A DNA stretch of 64,000 nt from positions 40,798,001 to 40,862,000 of the forward strand of contig NC_087447.1 of assembly GCF_036321535.1 (NCBI RefSeq), read 5' to 3'. The position numbers and the translations under genes are program-made. This document shows, piece after piece, positions 24,420-35,340 of this stretch; the stretch's first letter is position 1; the number at the start of each line of letters is the position of its first letter. A model generated the notes under the pieces. The model did not search any database, was not told the DNA's origin, and saw only the letters and a list, made by a program, of their open reading frames with translations. The stretch comes from Camelus dromedarius. Taxonomy: Eukaryota.

Positions 24420-24760
24420 ATTCATTCATTCTTGTATTTAGTGGAAGAAATATTTCTTGAGTTTCTCCCATGAGGTAGGTACTGCACTGAGGGTGCAGCG
24501 GGACATGGACAGAGTGCCTGTCCTCATGGAGCTTATGTTTGATTGGGGGAAGCAGGCAAACATGGAAACAAAGGGTATGATTTCATATCAGTGCTGAGAT
24601 GCAGAGTAACATGGGGTCGGACGACAGCATCGTGCCCTGGCCACTGTTCTAGAAGGAGTGGTCAGGGAAGGGCTCTGTGAGGGGGAGAGGTCTGCTCAGA
24701 AGCTTATGATGGCATGCCACCCTGAGCCGTGCAAAGGCCCGGTGGGGCCAAGGGAACAGT
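24420..24760 (-). mobile_element. L2 3' fragment
   Basis: TTCATTCATTC…AAATATTTCTTGAG…CCTGTCCTCATGGAGCTTATG…GTGGTCAGGGAAGGGCTCT. Confidence 0.7.
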
Positions 24761-25448
24761 GCCGTGGCTGGAGAGGAGGCTGTGGAGAGAAGGAGCTCAT
24801 AAAACTGCAGTGAAGGGAAGAAGGAGATGAGGAGGTGGACGGAGAGAGGGACTTAATGAAGGAGACAGACTGACTCCTTAAACTCATCAAACCCTTTCCA
24901 AAAATTTGTTGTTGTTGTGAATTGTGTTGTCAAAACAGCACAGAAAAGATTGGTGGTTAACAGTCAAATAATTCTTCTGGCTAGTGCTTATTTAGGGCTA
25001 CCAAGACCAGCAGCCGGCCTTTCCTTAGGCTTGGAAACTGACAGAAGTACTAACACACAGCCTACTTGCTAACTGCATTTAAAAGTGCTACTATATGTGG
25101 TCAAACTGCTGGCACATGACCTTTAATTTTCTCTTATGAAGGTGTAATGAACAGCTTCTAATAAGGCCACTGTATCAGTACAAGTTCACTGTCTGCCCCA
25201 CTAGCTCCACCAGCCATGAAGACTGTGACCTTACATCTGTTCCCACTTCTCCAGAGGCTCCCTCTGAATTCTCAGAGCCTCACCATCCGGAGCTGCCCGT
25301 GGTTCCCGAGTGCTTCCCAGAGTTAGGAGTTAACTGCCTTCTCCTCCCCTTTTCCCTTTTTAATTCTCAACATAACCACCCCATCTCCCCTTCCAAGGAG
25401 ACCAAGTTGAATTTCTCCCAGTAATGGCCACGGCCGTCCTGATGACTT

Positions 25449-25498
25449 GAGCTGCCGTGTCCGGGAGCTGCCATGTCCGGGAGCTGCTGTGTCTGGGA
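25449..25498. repeat. Three-copy 16-bp tandem repeat
   Basis: GAGCTGCCGTGTCCGG / GAGCTGCCATGTCCGG / GAGCTGCTGTGTCTGG. Confidence 0.85.
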
Positions 25499-25804
25499 CG
25501 GTCTTTCTCCAAGCAGAGTGGAAATGTTACATTTGTTTTACAAGCTAAACTCTGCTGATCACTATTTTCACATGAAAGACCCTTTGGAACAAGGTTTTTA
25601 TATGACAACCCTCTTGAACAGAACAGGACACCTAGTATAGAGCATCACATTCGTGTGTGTTCATCGTCTCCCTCTGCTATAATGACCCTCCCTGAGAGCA
25701 AGAACTTTATTTTGCTACTGTGCTGGCTCCCAAACTTAAATCAGGATCTGGCACGTAGTAGGTTTTTGGAATTAAACAAAACTAACAGGTTTATTTGTTT
25801 TATC

Positions 25805-26117
25805 CACGCGTACCCTGGACATATTGCGGGTTCAGTTTCAGACCCCTGCAACAAAGTGAATATTGCAATAAAGCAAGTCACACAAATATTTTGGTTTTCC
25901 AGGGCATTTAAAGTTATGTTTCCACTATACTGTAGTCTATTAAGTGTGCAATAGCATTATGTCTAAAAAAAATACCACTTAATTTTAAAACACTTTATTG
26001 CTGAAAAGTGTTAACCATCATATGGCAACACAGAGGTGCCAAAGACCTTCAATTTGTAGAAAATGCAGTATCTGCCAAGTGCAATAAAGCACAGTGCAGT
26101 AAAACGAGGCATGCCTG
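25805..26117. mobile_element. Internally deleted Tigger1 derivative (TcMar-Tigger MITE, Tigger1a-like)
   Basis: Both Tigger1 ends are present: ATATTGCGGGTTCAGTTTCAGACC…AAAGCAAGTCACAC…CTATTAAGTGTGCAATAGCATTATGTC and GACCTTCAATTTGT…GCAATAAAGC…AAAACGAGGCATGCCTG, followed by TA. Confidence 0.85.
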
Positions 26118-29100
26118 TATGCAGCCTACATTTTACACGTGTGCTGCTGATGTCAGCGTGCTCTTTTCATTTAAACCTCCTCCTCCTGAAGGAGTCAAGT
26201 CCTCTCCCACCAGCTGGTCCTTCCTCTTCTGCCCTCCCTCCCCTGGATTCATGGCCCCAATTTCTCATATTCAGTCTCCAGCAGCTTGCAGTTTCTTTGC
26301 AGTGTAATTAAGTGATCCCTCCAGGCCAAGTGTCCTGACCTCCTTAAATCCTTCCTTCCTCCTCTTCTTTCCTGGGAGCTGCTCAGATCCCCGCCCCAGT
26401 AATAGCCATGGTGCTTTTTCTCTACACGGCGTGGCACCTAACCTGAACGTGGGTCTGGGTGAGCAGACAGGTGAAGGGCAGGCAGGGTAAGACGAGGAGG
26501 GAGAGTTTTTAGGGAGAGTGCATTGGGGGCAGGGAACGAAGTCACCCAGGTGCTGACTCAGCTGTGCCCCAACTTGCTGTATAATCCGGACAAGCCCCTC
26601 CCCCCTCTCCAGGTCTTGTCCTAGAGGAAGGGAGGCAGAAAAAATGGTCACTTAGGGATCTACTCTATGCAGTTCAGGGTCCTCTATCTTATATGTGGCG
26701 AATGGAAGACATCTCACTAAAGAAATAGTTTGCAAACTTTTTCTTCCTCCCAGCCAGTGCCTGGTCACCACCAAATGCTGCAAGACACATCCACTTACCA
26801 CCATCATCCTCTCATCCCTGCTCAGTGACAATAGTGGTCTGCCCAGGAGCTCGCAGTTTCAACACTGAGAGTCCCAAGCACATCGGCATGGTTGGTCATC
26901 TTATGATTAGACCACAAGGACCTGAAGGGAAGGACAGATCTTGCCCACAACTGTATACAGTCTACCTGGCCCTGTTCCTGGCAAACAAGAGGCATTTAGC
27001 CAGCATCTATTAAATACATTGATATGACCCTTTCAAAGCGCCCAACACACACATACCGACAAACACAGTCACGGATCCTGTCTTCATCCCAACCTCGAAG
27101 CAGAACTTATGTGGCTGAGGGGAGAGGGCAAGAGAGGGAAGAAGAATTTCACATCAGATGAGACGTCCTCAAACCTCCCGGTCACACCTGCCATCATCAC
27201 TGCCAGACACTGAACTCAGAACAGAAGCCTGCCTGTCGTGAGGCGGCCCCAGGCCTTCTGAAGGAAGACGTGTCCAAGAGCTGCTATGGAAGAGGACTGT
27301 TGCAAACCCAAGTGCAACGCTCCTGCTCCAGAGTCTGGCCACTTCACCCAGCACCAGCCCCCGCCGCAGGGCTTTGCCTGTCATATTCACAGGCTGAGAT
27401 GTTCTCCCCAGCACCTGTGTCTGCCAGGGTCTGGCCAGCACCCCCTCTGCTCCCCAAGCCTGCCATCCCCGCCGGCTCTGGCATCTGCCTCTGTACTCCC
27501 CCTTCTCCGCTCGCCTCTCCAGAGAAGGGCCAGGGGATGTGAGGATCGGAGGAGCCATGCATGTGTAACTGGCCCTTCCCTATTTCTGCTTCTTGAGAAA
27601 GCTTGACTGTGCCAGACCTATCCCTTACTCATTTTGAGAAGAGGCACATTCTCCTGTAAAATTAAGCCATAAAAGTTCCCTTTTTACTTTTATTCTTGTT
27701 CAAAGTTGAGCCATTTTCCACTAGAGATAAAAACAAGGCATTTCTGAGAGGGGAGTACTACGGTTGTCTAATAAGCCGGGATTGATGGTCATGATAAAGT
27801 CGACTTCATCGATCTCCGCACAACGAAGGCGGTGCAGGGACGGGAGCAGCCATGCAGGGAGCCTCCCAGCAGAGCTCCCCAGACTGTTTTGAGCTGTTTA
27901 TGAGGCGAGTTTATATCAAGAACTTTAGTGCTGCCTTTACCTGCGAGAAGCAGGGAAGCAGTGGCAGACTGAGGGAGGCCGACCCAGGCACCCGGCCACC
28001 GGGTACCACCCAGGGCAGACACCTCCACACTGAACGGGCGGACTCCCCGTCCCATGCATCTGGTGAGACATCGGTGCTGGGACAACTCAGAGACCTGACC
28101 GGGGAAGGGCAAAATGGGAGTCACCACAGGCCAACTCTGATGAGAGATGGGGCAGATGTAGGGTGTCTACTGGGATGACGGGGGCCGATAGGATAAAACA
28201 CTACTGCGCACGTAAAACCTAAAATCTTCCTCCTGTTCCATTTCTCCCGTTGAGTTAACGATCCCCAGAATCTCAACCATCTGCAGCTGCTTAAGTTCAG
28301 TTCCTTCCTCCTTGAGAGCACACACGTAACCCAGGAACAAAGACCCACTGCGTTTTCTGGGCAGTGCTTGCAGGGGAAGAAATGGACAAACTGGCATTCC
28401 CTTGGGGACCATGGCGCTTGGAACTGCCTGGCCTCTTGATGGGTCTGATTTTAGGGCCGCGTGTTCCACTTCCCATGGAGAGTGGCGCGTAGACGTTTAT
28501 GATTTTGCCTCATATCCTTCAGGTAAGAGACCTCCAGATGGCTTTAGGGTTTCGGTGGAGCTGGGGGGAAATGGGACACTTAGGGACAGTCTCCCCTGAC
28601 CACTTCTCCTTGAGGGAAGGACCTTGGTCCAGATGTCAGGAGACCAGAGTTGACATTCTGTCTTGGTGGCTGACGCATGGTGAGACCCAGCCTCTCTGAG
28701 CCTTAGTGTCTTCATCTGTGAAGTGAGATTGGAATTGTCCTTTCATCCCTCGTTTGTGCTGAGACTCTGACTCTAGCTTCAACCTGTTTCTGGAGGCTGG
28801 ATCCCTGAGAGAAATGAGAGGTAGGAGAGGCCCAAGGCAGCACGCCTTCTGGAGTGAGGCAGAGTGGGTTCTGGCTGCAGGAGTCTCTGGAAGGAGACAT
28901 GCTTTGCTCCTGAGGGAGATGATCTAAGGTCTAGCCTCGCCTAGGCGTTGGCTGCCATCTTGGAAAAATGAAGGCTTTCTTTTGATTGCATTCTCCATCC
29001 CACTGGATATAGAAATATTGAGTAAACACTCAGTGACTGTCTGCTGGGTTCCAGGCCCTGCACTAGGTACTAATGGTACAACTGTTCAGCTGGATAGTCA

Positions 29101-29342
29101 ATGACAAATTCAGACTGGGGAGTGGAGCAAACTGGTTTCAATGGTGGTGGGCCTGTCTGTACACTTAGGGTTTGTCTGAAGTGCATCAAAGAAAAGACCT
29201 TGGAAAGCATCTGGACTCCTAAGTCCTCCAGCAAAGCTGGAGCCAAGACATGGGTGGGCCAGTGCCTGGGGTCACTCAGCTCCTGGGGTGACCCTGGCCA
29301 AGTCAGTGACAGATCTAAGAGCCCTGCTGCTCTCCTTTCCAG

Positions 29343-29509
29343 GTGCCGCAACCTCTCATTCCCCGACAGCCTTCCAGAGGTGAGCATCGTGTTCATCTTT
29401 GTCAACGAAGCACTCTCCGTGCTGCTGCGCTCCATCCACTCAGCTATCGAGCGCACGCCTTCCCACCTGCTCAAGGAAATCATCCTGGTGGACGACAACA
29501 GCAGTAATG
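29343..29509 (+). CDS. GALNT18: Polypeptide N-acetylgalactosaminyltransferase 18, internal coding exon (probably exon 3; 167 nt, phase 2 to phase 1), start of the GT-A catalytic domain
   Basis: Translates to [55 protein letters not shown], containing the ppGalNAc-T motifs SIVFxFxNEA and [12 protein letters not shown]. Acceptor CTCTCCTTTCCAG|G and donor G|GTGAGT at 29510. Splices in frame to the previous exon (GG+G = Gly). Confidence 0.96.
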
Positions 29510-29877
29510 GTGAGTGCCCGGCTCCCCTCCCTGCTCCGTGCCGACCCCTGAGCAGAGGGCTCAGCCTCTGCTCGGAGTCCTCTCTCTCAAGGTTCTCCGT
29601 GGCTGCTCCTTCTCTGGGATGTTGCCTCAGGGATGAGAGATTTGTGGTGGTGCCTCCTCAAAGGCACCCTCTCCGCATCCCAGAGGATCTTGGGCCCCAG
29701 GCTTTTCCTTACTGGCTGTCAACTCTCTCCCCTAACATCCCAGTACAATATGATAAGATAAATAGCCCCGATCTCCACCCCTCCACGTACAGAGTGAGCC
29801 CTTCCAGTGACCCTTTTCTGTGAAGCATCATTCCATTTTGCTGTGTTCCGTGGCCTTGGCCTGGAAGATTGCTCATT

Positions 29878-29975
29878 GGTGTTGTCTTAGCAGTGGTGGT
29901 GATGACGGTGGAGGTGTGGATGGTGCTGCTGGTTGTGGAGGTCATAGTGGTGCTGATGGTGGGGATGGTAGAGAA
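29878..29975. repeat. Degenerate (GGT/GAT/GCT)n low-complexity tract
   Basis: GTGGTGGTGATGACGGTGGAGGTGTGGATGGTGCTGCTGGTTGTGGAGG…. Confidence 0.65.
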
Positions 29976-31544
29976 CGTGTAATGCAGTGACAGCAACAGA
30001 GCTGCTGAAGGTCTAGCCTCTTTTCCAGATCCCCTGCTCCCCTTTCCATCTGGCCCTAATAAAGCCCCAGTCGAATCCCTCACGTCACCGTCTCCTCTCC
30101 TCCAGCCGCTGCCACCTACCTTTTCCCCTTGGTTTCCATGGCCTCTGATTCCCTTCACAGATACCATCCCCATAATATTCTCCAAACTTAGAGCCCATGT
30201 ATTGAGACATTTAAGAACCAGTGCTGTTGATGGGACCATTAATATGGATGTGCTATGGATAATGCATGACTTTAAAAAGTAGACCGCTGGGTCACAGGAG
30301 CCCAGAGTCACTGGGCTTGTGTTATCTTTAGCACTTCCTCTGATGTCAGGTAGTAAATTTCCCAATGAATTGGTTGCTGTAATGAGATGTTCAGAGGAGC
30401 AATTTGTGTTTTGTTATCAATTAAAGCTGAAACATATCAGATAATGAAATATATTTAATCTCCATCAGCAAATTTTCTTTTTCATTTTATCATCATGTAG
30501 TATGAAGTGTAGGAGCAGCGCTGTGAAGCGGGTTTTAGGGCTTTCTTTCTGCAGGGCTGTGCTTATGAATCACTCAACTCTCATTGTTCCAGGAAGGAAG
30601 GAAAAGGCATCAAAGGACGGCAGCACATGGGCAGCGTAGGTGTAAAGGTGATGGTCTGTTCTGAGGGAGTGGGAAGAGTCCAGCTGCCCTGTCTCCAGCA
30701 GCTACCTACCACCACCTCACTTGGGTCAAGGAGTGGGTGCCTGAGAAAGCTCCCGTCCCCAGTGGCTGACACCACGGCAGCGTGACTAGCCTGCCCACAC
30801 CCCACCTTGCTCCGCCCGGGCCAGCCGGCCCCCTCACCTGTACTGTAAGGAGACTGAGGATGGGAGAGGGAGAGGGTATCCCCCAAGCAAGAGGCACCCC
30901 CAGGCCCCGTTCCACTCCACTTCCTCTCACAAAAGAGGGAACGAAGCACGAAGAAAAGGGAATTCTGGGGCCTTTATCACAGCCTGAAGGACACCCTTTT
31001 GTCTTAAGCCCTGTGGGAAAGAGGGGGAAAGCCGATATTGCATTGGAGAAGTTTATATGAGGAAAGTCAACCAGAGAGAGAAGGTTTCATATTTGAATTT
31101 AAAGAGTTTAGACTTTCCTTGGTAAACGGTGATGACCAGGGAAGGGTTGGGGTCAGAGGAGTGATGCAGTCAGGGCTGGGCAGTGGAGAGCTTTGGCTGT
31201 GCTCAATGTGATTGGTTGCAGAGAAGAGACCACAGTGAAGAAGAGAACTGGGTGAGAAGTCAGTTTCAATAGCACAGATAAGAAACCCAGGGGCCTGGAG
31301 TAGTGGAGGGTGTGAGGGTCGAGGGTAGGATGTGGGCCTGAGAGATACCATGAAGAAAGCCTCTGTTGGATCTCTTGACTAACAGGTTGCAGGCAGGTGA
31401 GCCACAGGAAGGCTGGTGAGTGATGGCTCAGTCTCAAGCTCTCAAGCCAGGGGGACTCAGAGCATGATGGTGCTTCCCCAGGACGAGGGGCAGGAGGAGC
31501 AGTGGCATGGGTGCCGTGGTTCTTCATCAGGGATGGGGGCTTGC

Positions 31545-31860
31545 AGACCCAGAGCTCTGGGGAGTGTTGCGGTGATGGCACAGTTAAGTGTCCTGACTGT
31601 GGTGGTGGTTACACAAGGCTCCACGTGACAAAATCACACGGAGCTATGTACACACGCCCAGCTGAGTGCACGTGTGACTGGAGAGACCTGGAAAAGCTTT
31701 GCGATTGTGGCAACACCAGTGTCCTCGTTTCGCTATCGTACCGTTGTTGTGTAAGGTGTTAACCCTGGGGGAGGTGGGGTGAAGGGTGCATGGCACCTCC
31801 TTGTCTATTTCTGTGTGCTTTCCTGTGAATCTGTAATGACTTCAAAATATAAAGCTAACA
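31545..31860 (+). mobile_element. Old L1M (L1MC/MD-like) 3' UTR fragment
   Basis: GGTGATGG…CTGACTGTGGTGGTGGTTACACAA…TGGGGGAGGTGGGGTGAAGGGTGCATGG…TCCTGTGAATCTGTAATGACTTCAAAATATAAAG. Confidence 0.75.
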
Positions 31861-33113
31861 ACTTAAATACAGCACTTGACAATTGTATTATGAACGACGT
31901 TAAAAAGTCTAAAGCACACTCATTATCTTTGGCCATTTTATTGCTGTAATTTAGGATATTAGAGAAGTTATGCACTTAAATAAATTTGAAAATTTGTACC
32001 AAGGAGAAAAAATATATATATAAAGCTAAAATAAACAAATACAAATCTCCCCCAGGAGAGTCTAACTCAGGAAGTTGGAGATGGAATCTGTCCATCTCTG
32101 TTCTGAAAAGCGTTCTTGATGACTCTGTTGCACAGCTCTGGTTGAGAAAGTCTGGTTTTGTGACTAGGACGCAGCTTTGCTTTTGCACATGTTAGGTACA
32201 CGATGTGAAGGAAAAGAGCTCCGGACTGAAGTCCTGGGTTCTAGGACCCTCTCTGATGCGGATGAGTGACCATGGAGGTGTCCTTCCACTGTTAGAGTCT
32301 TGGGTTCTCCCTCTGTAAACAGGGATGGTGAACCTCCCTGCTTGCCTCACCTGCCTGACAAGGTCGAGTGTGTGACTGTGAGTTGAGCTCTGGCCGCGTT
32401 ATTTCTCCCCAGCCCACACCTGCGTTCCCAGGAGACTGCCTCCCAGCCAGCCAGCCACACAGCTGGAGCTCAAGAGAGGACATGGATTTGGAGTCTCGCA
32501 CACAGAGTAATTGAAGCCATTGGCTGGGGGGCGCGGGTGGCAGAGAGAAGAGAGGAGAACAGAAGATAGAAGCTTGAGAGGATACTGGGCCTAAGACGTT
32601 TGGGAGTCAGGAGAAAGAGGATTAGCTGGTGAGAGACAGAGAGGGGACAACCAGGAGATTCTGGGTAAGATGACATGGCCTCCAAGAACAAAGAGAATTT
32701 CAGGGACGAGAGTCATCTGTTTGAAGGAGCCCACAGACAGGCGGAGGGACACGGAGTCAGGGAAGGAGCCACTGGGTTTGGAAGGTACAGCTCATGGAAA
32801 CCGCAGAGGGAAGCTTCAGTAAAGGGGATGGGGCTGCAGGTGAAGAGAGGAGGGGAGGTAGACGTTTGGGTCCAGGATTTTGACTGTGAAGGAGAATCAG
32901 GAGCTAAAGCAGGAGTGGGTGCAATGTATTCCACCAACTAACCATAATCTGCAGAATGAAATGAGTTTACATCCTGACCCAGGATGGCACGCCTGCTAGT
33001 GCCCATAGCCATGCACGCACTACTGAAACAAAACTTTGAAGATACAGTAGTCATTCTTATACTGTGCGAAGTACTCTGATACTTTCTTTGGTAGTCTGGT
33101 CTGTGTTTTTCAG

Positions 33114-33160
33114 TTATGTTGTGTTATGTTGTATTGTGTTGTGTGTGTTGTGTTGTATTT
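33114..33160. repeat. Degenerate (TGTTG/TGTTA)n simple repeat
   Basis: TTATGTTGTGTTATGTTGTATTGTGTTGTGTGTGTTGTGTTGTATTT. Confidence 0.75.
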
Positions 33161-34831
33161 CTCTCTCTTTTGAGAGGCAGGTTGTTCTCAAGACCCTCGG
33201 TGCACATTAGAATCGCTTGGAGAGCTTTTAAGAAATCCAGGTGGCCTTTCCTTAGCTCTGGTGATTTAATTGGTTTGAGGAGAAAGCACATGAGGCCCTT
33301 GGCCTGGGGAGGGGGCACCTGAGTTCTTTGAGGCCAGGATGTGGACAGGGCCTCTGAGGAGGGAGGAGAGGGTGGAATCCAGGGTACAGAAACCAGAGTT
33401 GCTTCTGGGAGGAAATAGCTCGTCTTTCTTCCGCTCAGGAGGAGCAGGTGGGCAAACAGGGAGGCAGCTGGAGGCAATGAGGGACGTGGCGATGGGTCCC
33501 AGTGGCACTCGGTCCCAACACCCTGGGGCTTGCAGAGCCCTGGGGGGTGGTGTGCATGGCAGCACAGGGTCGGTGCCGGCCGGAGGGCCCCTGTATGGAA
33601 TGGGTTGGGAAGGTGACCAATAGCAGCTCCCTGAGACCAGCCTGCTCTGAGTTCTCCAGTGGGCGGCAGAGACGTTGAGACTGTGACTCCTGGAGGATGT
33701 GAACCACCTCTAGCTTAGCTGAGAGCTGCTGAGCCCTGCAGACTGGCCCAGCCTGATGGGGAAGGCGGCTCTGGCCATGTCCTGGGCAGACTTCTTTTGG
33801 GCATCAGTCCAATCGGCACAGGATTTTCATTTATTTCACATCAGGCTGACTCAGCTCAGTAAACAAACATTTCTGGGGTGCCCAGCCTGGGCCACAGGCA
33901 GGGAGGGTGTGACGGGCCAGATTCAGCCCCTGACATTAGGGAGCTATGCGAATAAATGCAAAATGGGATGAAACGTAAGAGGATTCGGTTTTCTATCTGT
34001 TCTGCTGCTTCTCGGCTCTGGTCCTTTGGAGACATCAGGACATGGCCTGCCCTGTGTGCCCCACGGTCACTGAGGATACACAAGGTAATGGGTGACCGTG
34101 CCTAAGCTGCAAGGTGTGAAGGTGCCCTGACGGTGAGTTAAAATGAAAGTAATAAAAACAGCAACAACGACAGTAATGGTATCTGTCAGGCAGCTTCCAG
34201 TTAACAGCAGCCCTGGCTTTTCTCACCTCCCTGGAACAGTGGCTCTGGTGAGGGCAGCAGAAATTGGCTTTAGGCCAGATTCAGTTCCCCCTCTTTCAAG
34301 CTCCTTTCACTGTGTGTTCTTAATCTCTGTGAATCCTATTTTCTTTATCTCTAAAATTGGGATGTATAATTCCTACCTCTGGGATTGTTTGGAGGCTTGA
34401 ATGAGATAACGCATGATGGAAGAGACGCTGGTGTTTCAAACTCTAAACGAAGCCTGAGAGGAGAGCTCTCAGACTGTCTTCCCCGGCGGTTGTCACAGGT
34501 TCTGTGTGCTGGTGCCTCGTCTCCCGCAGACCCTTTCTCTGCAGGCATCTTTGCTTTGGGATCAGTCCTGTGTTTCCACAAATGCAGGAAAGGGGCAGTT
34601 GAACACTGCTTTCTTCATCCAAGCCACTTTAGACCCTTATTCTCAGAAGCCAAGGGCTGAAGGCTCTGCCAATGGTACCTATGTAGGAGTCAGGGTCCCT
34701 TTTCTTTGCCTCCTTAGCAGTCTTCTACACAAGTTCCACTCTTTCGGGGTCTGGCTCCTGTGTAGGAAGCTGTCACTCTCCTAAAGTGTTCTCAAACGTT
34801 TATGTTCGAGCTTGATTAAAAATATGGAGTC

Positions 34832-35220
34832 ATACCAGGCACATTCTGCCTCAGGACATTTGCACTTGCTTCTCCCACCTCTTGGAATACTCTCACCCTT
34901 CGATAGCTGGGTCACTTGCTCCTTTGCCTCATTAGGCCTTTGTTCAAATGTTGAAAATGGCACCCTGTTAAGACGGCAGCCTTTACCCTGTCACCGCTCA
35001 TCCTTTCCATGCTTCTTTTCCTCTGTAGCACTTGCCGCCTTCTAACACACTGTACTCACTTGGTCCCTCTCCGCTATTTATTGGTACATTTTCTTTTCTG
35101 CGGAGTGTAAGTTCCATGAAGACAGGGATATTTGTTTTGTTCATTGCTGTATCTCTAGCACCTAGAATAGTGCCTGGTACTTGTAGGTGTTCAAAAAATA
35201 CTGATTCAATGGAAGAACGC
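34832..35220 (+). mobile_element. L2a-like 3' fragment lying between two MER5-like halves
   Basis: CCTCAGGACATTTGCACTTGCT…AGTGTAAGTTCCATGAAGACAGGGA…GTTCATTGCTGTATCTCTAGCACCTAGAATAGTGCCTGGTAC. Confidence 0.85.
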
Positions 35221-35340
35221 ATGTTGATTCTGTAGGTCTGGGACACAGCTTGGAATCTGCATTTTAATCAGCTTCCAGAGCATTCTGATGCAGCGACACG
35301 TTCTCTGGGAATCACTGTTCTCAGTGTTGTCCCATTGTCC
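35221..35340 (+). mobile_element. MER5-like fragment (right half; left half about 34783-34831)
   Basis: TGATTCTGTAGGTCTGGGA…GGAATCTGCATTTTAATCAGCTTCC…ATTCTGATGCAG…GGGAATCACTG. The left half begins GTGTTCTCAAAC. Confidence 0.6.

Larger units (their letters stand above)
15248..29342 (+). other. GALNT18: GALNT18 intron between the two exons (14,095 nt, GT-AG, phase 2)
   Basis: Starts GTGAGC and ends TTTCCAG. The protein is continuous across it (…DLRPSG|CRNLSF…). Confidence 0.93.

Noticed and set aside
25289..25310. REST/RE1-like site GGAGCTGCCCGTGGTTCCCGA
   Set aside because: About five mismatches to the RE1 consensus, concentrated in the GTGCTGA half.
29320..29342. Alternative in-frame acceptor 21 nt upstream of the second exon
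   Set aside because: It is a GAG acceptor with no upstream pyrimidine tract, much weaker than TTTCCAG.
29101..29823. 240-aa ORF as a stand-alone glycosyltransferase gene
   Set aside because: Only 29343-29509 resembles GALNT, and it is bounded by strong splice sites. The rest is intronic read-through.
29709..30365. 218-aa antisense ORF with a Thr-rich, mucin-like segment
   Set aside because: The Thr run comes from the (GGT)n low-complexity tract. There is no other homology or exon structure.
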